A DNA stretch of 64,000 nt, taken from the NCBI GenBank assembly GCA_013239625.1, contig MU053810.1, positions 620,001 through 684,000 on the forward strand. The letters are read 5' to 3'. The position numbers and the translations under genes were made by a program. Positions 41,544 to 56,122 of the stretch are shown here, in pieces; the stretch's first letter is position 1, and each line of letters begins with the position of its first letter. The notes beneath the pieces were generated by a model. That model did not search any database, was not told the origin of the DNA, and worked only from the letters and a program-made list of their open reading frames with translations. The stretch comes from Lama guanicoe. Its lineage: Eukaryota.

Positions 41544-44500
41544 GTGATTTTCAAATGTTTCTCAGATTTGAGAGTTTATTTTGGAGCTCATACTTAAAAA
41601 ATTTTAGAGTCTTCATGCCACTGAAAGAACTTGTGGGAAAGGGCTCGTTGCAGGTGATTTCTTAACCTCTAGGAAAACTTCAGAGTGTAACTGTCTAAGT
41701 ACTCATGTTTGATGTGAGTCTACAATAGATTTTGTTTCTGATTTTAAAAGAAACCTGGCAAGTGGCTGGTGATTTCTGCCTTGTGCATCTGTTTTCTTCC
41801 TGTGACTTAAAAACTCCTTAATGTTGAGGGATAAATTTTCTGTCACTTTAACTTATTTGCTATTATTTTTCTGTGTGTTTTGCTGATCCCTCTCTATAAC
41901 AGGTTTGCTTTTATAGTTTTGTGTTTCAGTTTATTGATGTTGCTGTTTGATACTTTTTAAGAAAACAAGTCATTGATTATCGGTGGTATTTTAGATCAGA
42001 AATTTGGGGAATAGTGTACAAAGTGAAAAATTTTTTAAATGCAACTATGTGAAGTGCATTTACCGAAGTCTGTCTCCTGGGGATGTCCATTCAAAATTCT
42101 AAAGGAGTAACATATGTGCCTGTGGTGAAGACACCTGATTTAGGCCACCTTTGTTTGTCTGGTACTGTAGACTACTTGTGTAGCACCTGTACCTAGAAGG
42201 CATCAGCAAGCTAGAAGGTGATGCACTTTGTGGGTAAAAGGTCAGCTTTTATGGAGGGTTGGATTTGGAGGAGGGTTGGCGGGGTACAGAAAGGCAGTAG
42301 CAGTACCCTTTGGCTGAGTACTTTGCAACTATTTAAAGCGCATGTTTTGGGGGAATACACTTCTTCCTATAAGCCTGTGGTTGGGGTGGGATGACTCATT
42401 TAAGTAGTTACCTCTAGAAGGTGATTGACTTACCAGAAAGGACTGCAGTAGAGTAAGCCAGTAGTTCAGTTAAGTCCAGGTTAGGTAGGTGCAGAGACTA
42501 TATGGCTGAACCCTGGGGGCTGAAGACCACTCAGAGGTGAGAGTTTAAGATGGCAGTGGTGCTCTTTAATGTTTTTTAAAAAAAGAATCCTGGTTTTTGT
42601 GCTTTTGAATAGCGAAGACTGTTTTAAACTTTGAAGAGGCAACTTCAGAATGTATTTGTATAGTCAGTAATGGGTTAAAAAGGAAAGTAGTGTTAATAAT
42701 TCTCACATATTTAAGGTTTCTTAATTATGATTTACATAATGTTTTGTCATTTTTCAAGTCCTTTTCCCATATGTCCTACCTCATACATCACAGTTGATTT
42801 TGAAAGTATGCTTTGATTACTTTTTATTGACTACTTTAAGGGTTCTGTGTGTGTGTTTGTTTTTGATTGGCTTCATGTAAGCTTTGAGAGCAGAGAGATT
42901 GTGTAATGATTTAATCCAGTCACCTTCCAACACAGGAGTCCATCCATTCTACAGATTATCTGACATAAATTATTCTTCTGAAAACTTCTCGAGCTTCGTG
43001 CTCTGAGCTCTTCCACGAAATAGGTTGGACACATCTATTTGTTAAATTTAACTTCCCATACAGTGATTTGCTTTAATTTACTTTTTTTCTGGTACAGATG
43101 GAATAAAGCTACTCAGAGTGGGGGTCTGTGAACAGCTTACCTGTTGGCAATGAATTAAGTTGAGGAACTGAGACTGAACATTTATATATTTTGATAGCAG
43201 TTTTCCATTGCCATGATATTGCAGCTGTACTTTATAGAAATTCAGTGATTGGAAAAAAGATTATTTTGTTATAGCACATAGTCTATGAGAAGCACTGGCA
43301 TGGCCCATGTCTCTTATTTTACACTGTGATAAAGTCTCAGATATTTGCAGCCTGCTGAGATGTTTGCCTTTCATCTTCTCCAGGCTAGCAACTCCGATTC
43401 TTTCAGTTTTCTCCATGATTTCCAGACCCTTCACTATCCTTAGGACATTTATTTTGGATGCATTCTTATCTGCCTGTGACCTACAGTTCATTAGTTTTTA
43501 TAGCTGCCTTGTCAGTCTTTTGACTTTTTGTTACACATAAAGACCAATTTCTCAAATGAGCTACTGCCAAGCCAGTTCTTCACCTGAAACTAGTGAAATA
43601 ATTTTTCATACGTGATACAGACTTTCCTCTTTTAAGCTTTATTTAGATAAGTTTTGACATATTATGTTAGCCTAAAGATAATTACTAACATCAGTGATGT
43701 GTATACTATTAATTGTGTTTATCCACTGGTCACATTCGGCTGAGATAAGCAGACCTCCGGGTTTTTCGTTATGGAAGTCACGGAAGAAACTTTTGAGCAC
43801 AGCTTTGTGGCCTTTTTCCTAGACACTTTTACTCATTTAAATACAGAACTATTAACCTGTGGTTATTAGAGGAGGTCATTTACTTAGTGTAAATTGACCT
43901 TAGCCATGGTAGTAGTCATTTTATTACAGGAGACTGTACACTTAGATGTAATAACTTGGGGGATGTGAGGATCTTAATCACGAGATAGAAGATAATTGGC
44001 ATGCAGCTTAATAAATCACTCATGCTTTAGAGAGCTTTAGTTTGAGCAGCCTCTGTAGTGAAGACCTAAATGCCTGACTGAGCAAAGAAGACATGAGGAA
44101 TGGATTAGTGCAGAGCCCGTACTTGGCTTAGTGTTAGTCTCCGTCTAAGAGGGTACATTACAGTTAAAATGACCAGTTTCCAAAAGTTTCTCCCTCCCAG
44201 TCATTATCCAGTAGGTGTCTTGAGATTTTTCTGCGTCATAGTAATAACTCATAGGCAATCATTTTTCCCAGTAAGATTTCTCTAAGGCACGATGTGCTAG
44301 AAATCCAAGTGCCAGACTAGCTAGCGGATGTTTAAGACTCGTACGTAAATGACTTTAAGGCTTTATTCAATATCATAATAATGATGCTTTAAAAAAAAAA
44401 GTGAAGTACTCTGTATTTTCTGTCTATGGACTGTAAATGCTCTTGGTGGTTTTAATTAACTCGGGGGATGGCACTGTGCTTCGAGGTTGTGAAGTCTTAG

Positions 44501-46401
44501 TACGACCTCATTAAAGTCTCTACTTAAAAATTCACTTAACTAATTTTTAAAAAATAGAGTAATAAAACCTCTGGTCTTTTCTTAAAAACACTGATGAGCA
44601 AATGAACACAGTGACTGAGTGAGACTTAGGAATTTTAGATGTTCTTTTCTCCTGTGATCCGGGCTGATAGGTACTAGCTAGTTCTGTTTCTGAGCCCCGC
44701 GGGATCTACAGTCGTCAACCAGCAATAGAGTTGACCTTAGGGTTGGGTGAATTCTAATAAATTTGAATTTATAAGCTTTTTGCCCTTTAAATTCAAAATC
44801 TTATTTTTTTTAATGCAGTTTGGTTAAGTGATTGAGAAGTTAATATTTGCACATTTAAAAATATTAGTTACCAATTTAGAGTTAATAGCTTTACTTCTTG
44901 TTAAGTTTGCTTTTTATTACGTTCAGTACTCTTTATGTTTGAAATGCTTTGCATTTTGAGATACTCTCACTGAGGTAATATTACCTAGGTTCTCTTGGCA
45001 TTTAATAAGAATTGGTTGAAGAAATAATTTTATTAGATATAACTTAATCATGTAACAGTTTGTTTCTTATAATATAGTGAAATCATGGATTCGGATATTA
45101 AGTCAGAATTCTTGCTTGAATAATTCTTAAGTGTCTGAATTTCTTATCTTCCTCCTAATTTGGTGGGAGTGTTGGCAAGTTTCTCCTTTCAGTACCAGTG
45201 AATTATGACCTTCATGATGCATGCTCAGTTCAACAGCAGTAAATAATTTGATTTAGAGTTTAACAAGGAAAAAAATGTGAGTAGAATGTAGGCTTTTGTC
45301 TCATGAATAAAATCAGGGAGGTTTCTTTTATTAATGCAAATTCATGAGTCATTACTTTAATAATGTTGAAACTTAAAAACACATTCACCTGAAATTAAAT
45401 AGTGTCGATTGTTCCTTTCAGGTAGGGTTGTACCTTGCCTCTACAGGTAGATTGTTTGATAAATTGTGTAGTAAGTGTTTAAGCACTATTAAATGTTATG
45501 TCACCGTGCTGTGGACTTACAGAGACTTAATCCATGCTCTAAAATGTTTACCTCCTTCCAGATAGTGTCTAAGTCTGAGTCTGACTTTAACTTAGTTTGT
45601 TGATAAATCTTTGGGTTCAGTTATGCTTAACTGTGTTCTAGTCTCTTTTCACTTAAGATTATAAGACATTCATAACCAAATTCTAAATTGAAACCACCAG
45701 AAAATTTAAGTTCTCATGAGAATTTGACAGAGTGCTAAAGGAGATGAAAAGTGAAACGTCGTAGTTTTTCATGGGTCTGCTTCGTGATTATTTTTCAAGA
45801 TTTTGGCCATGTGTTCTGTGTTATTTTGCATGACTGCATAAGAACAAAGCTGTAATGGGTTTTCTGTGTTCTCTCCAAGATTTTTTTCTTTTTTAACTTG
45901 GCTGATAGAAGATCAAAATAATACTTCATTGACGTTGTTGCCTTTTCTATAGTGGGCTCTGTCATTTTGTTTTCCCCTCATGAAAGTAGTGTTTCATGTT
46001 GATAACAGCACATCAGACGTGTGGTCTTAAATGAGCCTCATAGTGCCCTTGAAAGAAGTACCTGTTTTGAAGGCAGTAGATCAAGTTTAGTGATTGAAGG
46101 TTTGCCCAGTGTGACTTGGATAGCAGATCACAGAATCAGGTTCTTTGCTACTTCTTCAGACTGTTTCCCTCATCTTCCTTAGGGCTCACCTCCATCTGCA
46201 TTTGGTACTTGGTTTTAAAGTGTCTAGTAAACACATTAGCTACTCAGGACATACAAAGTCAAATCCAAACAAAAGACGGACCCAAAAGAGGATATAAAAC
46301 AAGCACCTTGATGTGAGAAGGCTTGCCTTTAATGTATGCATTTGAGAGACAATCTAATTTCAATATAAGGTACCAAGTGGATAATTTTACTTTAATTTGA
46401 G

Positions 46402-46645
46402 AGGCAGTGTGGTCCAATAGTTATGAGCATGGGCTCTGGAGCCAGACTGCTTGGATTCAAGTTTTAGATCTGTCTTTACTCATTCTGTAACTTTGGGCAA
46501 GTTACCTCACATCTCTGTGCTTTGGTTTTCTGTTCTGTAAAATGAGATAACAGTAGCACTGTACCTCTGCAGTAAATGTGAGGAATGCTGTGCATTCATA
46601 CGTGTAAAGGTGCTGAATAACAGTGTCTGGCACATTGTAAGTTTA
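46402..46645 (+). mobile_element. MIR SINE
   Basis: GGCTCTGGAGCCAGACTGCTTGGATTCAA...TTGGGCAAGTTACCTCACATCTCTGTGC...CTGTAAAATGAGATAA. Confidence 0.8.
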
Positions 46646-47248
46646 CAGGAAATGTTTGTGTCAACAGCATATTGCCTGCTCAGTCCTTGAGAAGGATTTT
46701 TGAACGAGAATTTCTCTTTATGCCTTTTTATGATTTTGAAAATTTGTATGTTCAACTTCTTAAACATCCATAGCTTATTTTAAAAATTCATTTTTAAAAA
46801 CAGTGCAAAACAGCAGAGTAGACACTATACGAAATAAAAGAAATAGCAAGAAAGTCAGACAATAGCAATAAAGATGAAAAAAAGTCTTAGTACTAGAATT
46901 TTCTGAGGCATTTGTGGCTTATTTATGAGATATAATGCTTGGTTTCCAGAATGGACTATTGGAGATTTTCTGTCAGTTTTACAGTATTGAATTAGTAATA
47001 TAAAAAACACTGCAGAAATCAAGGACTGATGTACCTTAGAGATGCTCCCAGACCGTGATGTCTCATATATTAGGTGAAAGAGGTCTAATTTCTTACATTT
47101 TTGTTCCAGGACTTGGAATTAATTTTGTTTTCATTGCTTACCTTTTGTATCTTTAAAACGGTTCCTCCCTGTAGTGCAGTGATACCATGAGGGAAATGAA
47201 CTTGTGCGTAATACCTCTAACAGTGATGCTCAGTTATCCCCAGTTATG

Positions 47249-47580
47249 ACAGGGATTGGCAACCCATGGCCTGCAGGCCAGATTAGGCTCACCACTCGTT
47301 TTTGTATAGCTGAAGAGCTAAGACTGGTCTTTACCTTTTTACATGATTAAAACAAATCAAAGAAGAACATTTTTTGAAATATTAAAATTACATGAAGTTC
47401 AGATTTCGGTGTCCATAAGTGAAGTTTTATTGGAACATAGTCACACTCGTGTGTTTACATATTGTCTGTGGCTGCATTTGGGCTTTATCAACAGAGTTGA
47501 GTAGTTGCAACAAAGACCATATAGTCTGCAAAGCTTAAAATATTATCTGGCCCTTTGCAGAAAAAGTTTGCTGATCTCTG
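47249..47580. mobile_element. MER58-like hAT-Charlie MITE
   Basis: Termini CAGGGATTGGCAA...TTGCTGATCTCTG. Confidence 0.72.
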
Positions 47581-47810
47581 GTTTAAGACAGTCTCAAAAG
47601 AATGGTTCAATTTAGCTTTCTGTAATAGATGTGCTTCTGAAGAGCTTGTAATTAAAATGATATGTGATGAATCATATCTTCAGCTTGATTTTGCTTAGTG
47701 ATATAGTCCTATGGAATTCACATAAGAAATTTTGGTGAGATTTACACTGATGTACCGGAAAGGTACTTGGTCAAATGTGCTGTGTATGTTTAGTTTCCTT
47801 AGCGGGGCGA

Positions 47811-47950
47811 GGGGGGAGGGTATAGCTCAGTGATAGAGTGTGTGCTCAGTATGCACGAAGTCCTGGGTTCAATCCACAGTACCTCCATTAAAAAAATAAT
47901 TGGAAATAAATAGGCCCAATTACCTCCCCTCGCACACCCCCAAAAAACAC
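47811..47950 (+). mobile_element. tRNA-derived SINE (only sense-oriented copy inside UPF2)
   Basis: A/B boxes; GTATGTTTAGTT repeated on both flanks. Confidence 0.88.
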
Positions 47951-49679
47951 AGTATGTTTAGTTCCCTCATGCACATCTTCTAAAAATTTCATCAAATTTA
48001 AAATCTTTTCCTATGGTCTTTATAAACTTATAAAAAACTGACATATGGTATATTCATTAAAAATTGTTTCAGTTAAATTTCATTAGAACCTGTAAATGAT
48101 TCTAGGGATTTTGAGTGTTCAGGCATCTCTGATAGGTTCTTTCTCTGCTTGAACTCTCTAGTCTTACTACACGCCGTGGGGTTGGATTTTAGGAAATGTA
48201 TATTAAATAAGGGGTCAAGGGAAATACATGTTACTATATAAGTTTTGTGTATAACTGAACTCTTCTAATGCCATTTCATTGGTATCCTGTACTGCTTTCC
48301 GAGTGCTTAGTGTAAAATTGATTAGAAAACAAACCAACCAAATTCTAAGCTTTTTCCCCCACCAAGGACTGTTCTCATTAGATAGTAACCTAAACACGTA
48401 TAAGTTAAGTAGTTAGGTAAGTTAGTACTGTTAAAAATTTAATCGTGGAGTTGAGATTTTAGGGAGGACAAGGATTATCTCTGAAATTTCAAAGTTTTAA
48501 CTGGTCCCAGGAGGACTGGACAGGAACTGAATGCATACAAAGGGAGCTGTCATAGAATTCAGTCACTTTTAATTGACCCAGTTCAAAGTCTCAGGCAAAT
48601 GTTTGAAAGAGAGGTTGATATCAGAAAAAGAGTGTTCATTTTCTGTTCTAATAAAAATAGTCATCACCTTGCTACAGCTTATATGTCATAAATCCTTAGT
48701 GAATATTATATAACCTGCAACTGGATGTATGATCTTCAGATGACCAGAATGTCAGAACTTGTTAGAGAAATAATTTCAGGTTATGGTATTTTGATAGTAT
48801 TTTCCAGTTTCTTTTCACATACTGAAATAACTTTGCATCTTTGTTGTCATTAGAAGTTTTGAAATACTTTGGAACTATTATTATCATTTTTAACATAATT
48901 TGCTTCTGAATAAACTCAAATTTTTATTAACTAATGTTTTTTCTAATTGCAGAATATTTTAGAGTACCTTGCTTTTGAGTTATTTATTCAAATCATTTAC
49001 CAGTTTATTGGCTTTTTTAACTTAAAAAATGACTTAACTTTTAATTAAAAGTAGTAACAAGCTGATTCAAAGTAATATCAGTCATTTCTTTTAGGGCATG
49101 AATATTTTTAAATGCTTAGATTTTTGTTTTAAAAATTCATTTATAAAACTGAAAGAACTTTGTTTTTGCCTGTAAAGTTACTCTGAAATATTTGAAGACA
49201 GAAAGACACTGCTTTTAGAGGAATGCTTTTTAGCCTGGATTATTATGGTTAAGCTATCTTGGCATTTTGCTAATCTGTTTGTAGAACAATATTGTCTAAT
49301 GTATCTTGAATAAGAAAATAAGTGAAAATTTCTCATGTTAGATCCCAATAAGCCAGATTTTGGGGGGGGGAGAAAGGATTGGATTTAATGAATAGTAACT
49401 GACTATGTATCTTGTGCTTATAAATGGAAACTGATAGTCTAAGATAGAGAATGTTATTTGGAATGTAAAAGCTTTGAAACAAAAGTTTAAAATTTGGATA
49501 AGAATGGGGTAAGATAGGAAAGTTCGGAAATTGTTCCAGATAAGCAGGGATGAATAAGTGTAGCCATGGTTTTTCTGCTTTATTTTCTAACTTTTAAGAA
49601 GATAACAACACAAAAAAAACCTCTTCTAACTCATTTTCTTCACTGGTCATAATGCAAAACAAAGAATGAAAATATTTTA

Positions 49680-50308
49680 AATTTTATTTTAATTTTTTTT
49701 ATTGATTTATAATCATTTTACCTTGTGTCAAATTCCAGTGTAGAGCACAATTTTTCAGTTATACATGAACATATGTATATTCATTGTCACATTTTTTTCT
49801 CTGCGAGCTACCATAAGATCTTGTGTATAGTTCCCTGTGCTATACAGTATAATCTTGTTTATCTATTCTACAATTTTGAAATCCCATCTATCCCTTCCCA
49901 CCCTCTGCCCCCTTGGCAACCACAAGTTTGTATTCTATGTCTAGGAGTCTATTTCTGTTTTGTATTTATGCTTTGGTTTTTGTTTTTGTTTTTGTTTTTT
50001 AGATTCCACATATGAGCGATCTCATACGGTATTTTTCTTTCTCTTTCTGGCTTACTTCACTTAGAATGACATTCTCCAGGAGCATCCATGTTGCTGCAAA
50101 TGGAGTTATGTTGTCAGTTTTTATGGCTGAGTAGTATTCCATTGTATAAATATACCACATCTTCTTTATCCAGTCATCCATTGATGGACATTTAGGCTGT
50201 TTCCATGTCTTGGTTATTGTAAATAGTGCTGCTATGAACACGGGTGCAGGTGTCATCCTGAAGTAGGGTTCCTTCTGGATATAAGCCCAGGAGCGGGATT
50301 CCTGGGTC
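49680..50308 (-). mobile_element. Relatively young 5'-truncated L1 (intact ORF2 C-terminus and 3' UTR)
   Basis: ORF 49999-50256 reads VFIAALFTITKTWKQPKCPSMDDWIKKMWYIYTMEYYSAIK...ILSEVSQKEK. Confidence 0.93.
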
Positions 50309-50555
50309 TACAAACATGATTGTTAATCATACTTCATATTCTCTGAAGAACCAATGTTAACATTTAATTGTTTAAAAAATTTCATTGTTTAGGTGAATTT
50401 GATACAAGTTTTAATTTTCAGATATGTCTTGAAAATATTGAGTATTAAAAATAAGTTGTGTGAAAATCTGATTTTATGAAATATTCCCAATGTAATAATA
50501 CATGATCACATCTGTCTTGATAAGATTATCAAATTATTTCATCATTTGTTTATAG

Positions 50556-50716
50556 GCGTATTCTACATTCTAAAGGGGAGCTAAGTGAAGATAGACATAA
50601 ACAGTATGAGGAATTTGCTATGTCTTATCAGAAGCTGCTGGCAAATTCTCAATCCTTAGCTGACCTTTTGGATGAAAATATGCCAGATCTTCCTCAGGAC
50701 AAACCAACACCAGAAG
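50556..50716 (+). CDS. UPF2: UPF2 exon 4 (161 nt)
   Basis: AG 50554-50555, GTAAGA 50717; RILHSKGELSEDRHKQYEEFAMSYQKLLANSQSLADLLDENMPDLPQDKPTPE. Confidence 0.96.
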
Positions 50717-51468
50717 GTAAGAGATCCTTAAAAACAGACATGTGATTCTTTCAGTAAGCCCTGATCAGTTATCTTTAGTCTTGTCAGATATGTATTATTG
50801 AAAATGGATTTTTTTAAATGTCTTAAAAATTTTTGTTAACGAGAAGGTAGTATTGAAATGCTCCTCTGAACAGAAAAAGCTTTGCATTTAGAAAATAGTA
50901 AGTAACTTGTGATGATCTGATGTGTTTCTTTGTATTCTTTTGTGGTAGGTATACTTGGATTGTAGCCAACAGGGGCCTGTCTTAAACCATACTTAGGGCA
51001 TTAGAAAGGTTTACTTTATTTCTTAGATAGGTAATAAGGTAGATTGGGATTCTAATCTTTCTATGTTTTCATTTTTAATTTAGTTGTTTTGAATGATGTA
51101 TTATCTTACATTGTTACTTAGAACTAAAACCTACCTTGCAGTTTTGTAGGATCAATTGTTTATCATTTTGTAAGGTGTTATGTCCCATATTATTTCAGAG
51201 GTGTTTTAAACTTCCTTTTTAATTGTCTTTAAGTTGGTAGGGCTCCTAGTGTGTTATTCTAAGCTGTCATGCTAACTACTTGAAAAATTACTTACGTTAG
51301 GTAGATAAGTGTTAATAAATTATTAATCTTAAAACTATCTGACAATCCTGTTTACTTAAAAATCTTAAGAGTAAAGTATTTGTAAAGTATCCTTTTATAA
51401 TGCAAGGGGATATTTTGTATTTTACATCCTCAATAAGAAAATACTCATTGTATACTGTGAATGCATTT

Positions 51469-51762
51469 TCAGTCCTTCCTTGGTATCTGCAGGGGATTGG
51501 TTTCAGGACCTCTGAGCATGCTCAAGCCTCTCATATAAAATGGCTTACTATTTGCACATAACCTATACACTTCCTCCCATATACTTTAAATCATCTGTAC
51601 AGTACTCTTACAATACCTAATGCAATGTAAATAGTTGCCAGTGCGCTATAAAGGCAAATTTAAGTTTAGCTTTTTGGAACTTTTTTTTTAATCTGAATAT
51701 TTTAAATCTGCAGTTGATTGAATCTGTGGATGCAGATGCCAAGGGTACAGAGAGTTGACTCT
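51469..51762. mobile_element. MER2-like Tigger MITE
   Basis: CAGTCCTTCCTTGGTATCTGCAGGGGATTGGTTTCAGGACC...GGGTACAGAGAGTTGACT. Confidence 0.72.
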
Positions 51763-52074
51763 ATTTTAATATATTTCTATATAACCACATATATAAAGCC
51801 TATTAATTTTTGTGTGTCTTGATCAGTGAGCCTCAAACTTTTTAATTTTTTAAAAGCAGTTCCACCATAGAATTTATGATTCTGTTGAATCTGGCTGGTT
51901 TCTCAGAACTTTCTCAGTGTATTTATTATATTTTAGAACCAAAATGTTTTCATAGTGTTTTTGGTATTGATTTACTTGGTTTATTTCTACTGAAATTTAA
52001 GCTAGTTTTTCTTTTAATGTTAAATGATTTTAAAAGTATTTTAGGCATTTTCCAGAGATAGTAGAGCTTGGCAA

Positions 52075-54700
52075 AATTATGCCATCATTTTTAAAAGATA
52101 TTTTCACTGGGTATAGAATTTTAGGGTGAGGTTTTTGTTTTCTTTCAGTACTTAGAGATGTTATTCCACTGTTTTCTATCCTGCATTGTTTCTAGTGAGA
52201 AAGCTGCTGTCATCTTTGTTCTTAAAATAATGTGTACCTTTTCTCTGATTGCTTTAAAATTTCATTATCACTAATTTTAAACAGGTTAGTTATGTTGTTT
52301 GGTGTAGTTTTCTTCATGTTTCTTGGGGTTCATTGGACTTCTTGAATCTGGGTTTATAATTTTCATCAAATTTGGAAAATCTTGACCCTATTTCTTCAAA
52401 TATATTTTCTGTTCCTCTCCCCCCTCCTATGGGGATTTAGTTACAACTATAGTAGGTGGTTTGAAGTTGCCTGTTCTATTGTTAAATAGTTTTTTCTTTG
52501 TTTCATGTTGGTTTCTGTTGCTGTGTCTTCAGCATCACTAATATTTTCTTTTTACTGTGTCTAATAGACTGTTACACTCATGTAGAGATGTAGTGTTTAT
52601 CTACAGAAGCTGATTATATTTTCCATTGTCTCAAACATGCTCAGTGTATCTTCTAGCTTGTTGAGAATGTGAATATAGTTATAACTGTTTTAATGTCCTT
52701 GTCTATGATTTTTATTACGTATGTCACTTCTGCCTTGGTGTAATTGATTGACTGATTGATCTGTACATCTCTGGCATTTTTTTCTACTTCTTTGCATGAC
52801 TGATCATGTTTTATTAGATGCGTGCTGGATGTTTTCGTGCTCTTAAGAATATCATTGAGCTTTGTTCTGGGGCTCAGTTTAATTACTTGGAAACAGTTTC
52901 ATCCTTTCCAGGCTTGTTTCCCCTGGGATCGGAGCAGCCTTTAATCTAGGGCTGATTTTTCCTATTACTGAGGCAATATCCCTCTCTATTCTGCTCAATT
53001 TCTCATGAATTAGAAGATTCATGAGTAGCTGTTTTCCTAGTCTCACCTAGTTCCCTCACACATAGGGGCTGATCAGTATTTAGCTGAACATTCAAGGGGC
53101 CCTTCTGCAGATCTTAGGCATCTGTCTTTGTGATGCTTTCTCCTCTCTGGTCCTGTCTTGCAAAATCTAGCCACCTGGGCTAGTGTTCTGCCAGCCAGAC
53201 TCTCAGCTCTGTCATCCTCAACTCATGGGGACTGCTGGGGTCTGCGTGGCTTCTTCCTTGGCCACGGCCTAGAACGTCTCAGCAGGCAGTAAGCTGGGGC
53301 AGTGAATTGCACAGCTCAATTTTTTTGTTTGTTCTCTCACAGGAGTCGCTTTCCTGTGCTACCTCATGTCCAGTGTTTGAAAGCCATTGCATTTTGTTGT
53401 TTGCCTGGTTTTTTAGTTGTTTTAGGTCACTGCTCCTGCATCTTGGCCTGAAGAGGCCTGGATTTTTTAGTAACCCAGAATATCCTTTTCTACCTCACAG
53501 ATGAGATTGTAATTGTATATACTATTCTGCAACTACTTTGTTAGCTATATATCTTAGATGTCTCTTCATATCAGTCCATGTTGAGCCATCTCATTCTTTT
53601 ACATTGCTGCATAGTAATATCCTAGTGAATAATTGTGCTTTCCTTACCTTGTTTTCTGTTGATTGACATGTAAGTTATTTCTGTTTTTTAGTATTATAGT
53701 CAATACTGTAATAAAATCTCTGTACCTGCGCCTCTTTGTGTGCATGCTAGTATTTCAGGGATAAATTCCTACAAGTAGAATTCTTGGGTTTAAAGGGTAT
53801 GTACATGTTAAATTTCAATATATAACGTCAGATTTTCTTTTAGAGAAATTTACATGCCACTAAGTATATAAGAATAAGTGTTTTCCTTACATTCTTATCA
53901 TATTGCTGTTTTTGATTTTTACATTCTGAGTGAGGTTGAGCATCTTTTCCCTAAGTTTATCGACTGTTTTTCGTTTGTATTCTTTCTCTTATGACACAAT
54001 TGGCTTGAGCCCTTGACCCCTTCCTTTTTAAAAAAAAATCCACTGTTTATCTATTCTTAAAAATTGAATTATAAAAGCACTTAGCATATTAAAGAAATTA
54101 TTCTTTTTTATATGTATTGCAAATATTTCTTCCAGAATTTTTTTTTTGTATATATATGTTTTCACTGAAGTATAGTCAGTTTATTATATGGTGTCAGTTT
54201 CTGGCATACAGCACAATGCTTCAGTCATACATGAACATACATATATTTGTTTTCATATTCTTTTTCACCATAAATTACTTCAAGATATTGAATCCCCCCA
54301 ATTTTCTATTGCATTTTGACTTTGTAGCTCTTTTTTTCCTCAGAAGTTGAAATTTTTTCCTACGGTTTATAATTACTGTGTAGATACATTATTTTTCAGA
54401 TATGTAAAATATTCAGTGATAAGTGTTTGTTTTATTTACCTTCACCCTGATTGAGGTTAGGATCTTTTCATATGCTCTTTGACTTATCTGTTCAGAGGCT
54501 TTATCCATTTTTTTAATTGAGATTTTGTTGTTTGTTTGTAGGAGCTCTTTATATTTTGGATATTAATTCCTTTGTATAAATATTGCTGGTATTGTCTTCT
54601 AGTCTGTCCTTTGCTTTTGTTTATATTTCTTATTAAACAGAAATTGTAAAGTTATCAGTCTTTCCCCTTAAAATGGGTTTAGTGTCCTGTGTTTAAATAC
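52075..54700 (-). mobile_element. Cluster of old degenerate L1 fragments with a younger short L1 tail at ~54140-54293
   Basis: T-rich antisense L1-like text; 54140-54293 is the reverse complement of the L1 tail family seen at 27019. Confidence 0.55.
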
Positions 54701-55589
54701 ATTTTTTATAAGACATATAGTGAGTTAGTAGTGAGTTAGGGAGCTGACATTTTATTGTTTTTGTTTTTCCTAGATGACTTTTAATGAATAATCTGATTTT
54801 TTTCAAGGTTATTTTTAATATGCATGATTATTCTCTTATTTACAATTCTAGTTTGCTGAGAAGCAAAGTGAGAATAGATAAAATCATGAATGGTCTCACA
54901 AGCATGAAGTAGGAAATTAATTACTTTTAGAGTTCTGAGTTTAAGAATCTATGGTTGTATATAAAGGTAGACTGTGTATGTAAATATATATGTGGTTTTC
55001 CACCTTCTACTGGAATAATGTCTATATATTTCTTCATCATTCCTTTCCTTTTTTTCCAGTTATTTGTCAATTGACTGTTTACGGCAGTCTGTCTGACACC
55101 AAGTCTTATACCAAAAGGAGGGATACTTCTTAAGGGTTTATGGTCTATTTGCAAAGATACTTGTGCTATAAGTGGTACAGAGGGTTGGGAGTCTTGAAAA
55201 AATGCTTCACTGGGAGGTGGGACTTTAAGCTGGATGTTTTAGAAATGGCCAGCTTATGTATTTCTTATTTTGGTTTTAAGTTTCATGAAGATAAGCCTGA
55301 TATATCAAATGGCTACTTAATCTCATATCACTTGCTTAAAACATTTAAGAAAAAACTGGTCTTTATCCTATGTTCTCCTCTAGTCTGTCCTGGTTGAGAG
55401 CTTTCCTTAAAACACAATTTGTGATTTGATGATGAAGAGGGTTACATGAACAATCCAGAGTGATTGAAGAAGTTTCTGTTAATTGAAACCCTCAAGATTC
55501 ATTAGTTATAAAATTGAAAATATAAAATACTATGTTTAGCTTGCCAAACGTGAAATGGTTTTAATTCCCTGTGATTTATTTTATTGTAG

Positions 55590-55780
55590 AGCATGGGCCT
55601 GGAATTGATATATTTACACCGGGTAAACCTGGAGATTATGACTTGGAAGGTGGTATATGGGAAGATGAAGATGCTCGGAATTTTTATGAAAACCTCATTG
55701 ATTTGAAAGCTTTTGTTCCAGCCATCTTGTTTTAAGAATGAAAAAAGAGAATAAAGATTCCAACAAGGATGATTCTAAAG
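55590..55780 (+). CDS. UPF2: UPF2 exon 5 (191 nt as written; contains in-frame TAA and frameshift)
   Basis: AG 55588-55589, GTAAAT 55781; HGPGIDIFTPGKPGDYDLEGGIWEDEDARNFYENLIDLKAFVPAILF then TAA 55733-55735; NKDSNKDDSK resumes in another frame. Confidence 0.9.
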
Positions 55781-56122
55781 GTAAATTCTAGAGGGCAAGT
55801 TCTTATATTAAGTGTTGTAAAAATTAGTTTCAGAATAATATTTGTAAAAAAAATTTTTTTTTTTTTTGCTTACTGGTGTCAAGAGAAAGTCTGAACTCTT
55901 CATTAAGTTCAGATGGCATACAGAGTTAAACAGGTTATGGTCTTTGTTTTCAATGAGAATGATGTATTCTTAAAAATCTGAATGTATCAAATTTCTTGTC
56001 AGGTGTATATTATAGATTCTGAGACAAATGATACAGATTTTGTGAATCCTTAAGTATTTCTTGCAGCAGGATTTCAATATGACTTTTAAATTAAGAGATA
56101 CTGGTTCTTTGATTTCAAACAG

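Noticed and set aside
43600..45100. Repeat-poor stretch of UPF2 intron 3 as possible snoRNA or hidden exon
   Set aside because: Only isolated TGATGA/CTGA words; no convincing box pair, terminal stem or exon; needs a conservation track
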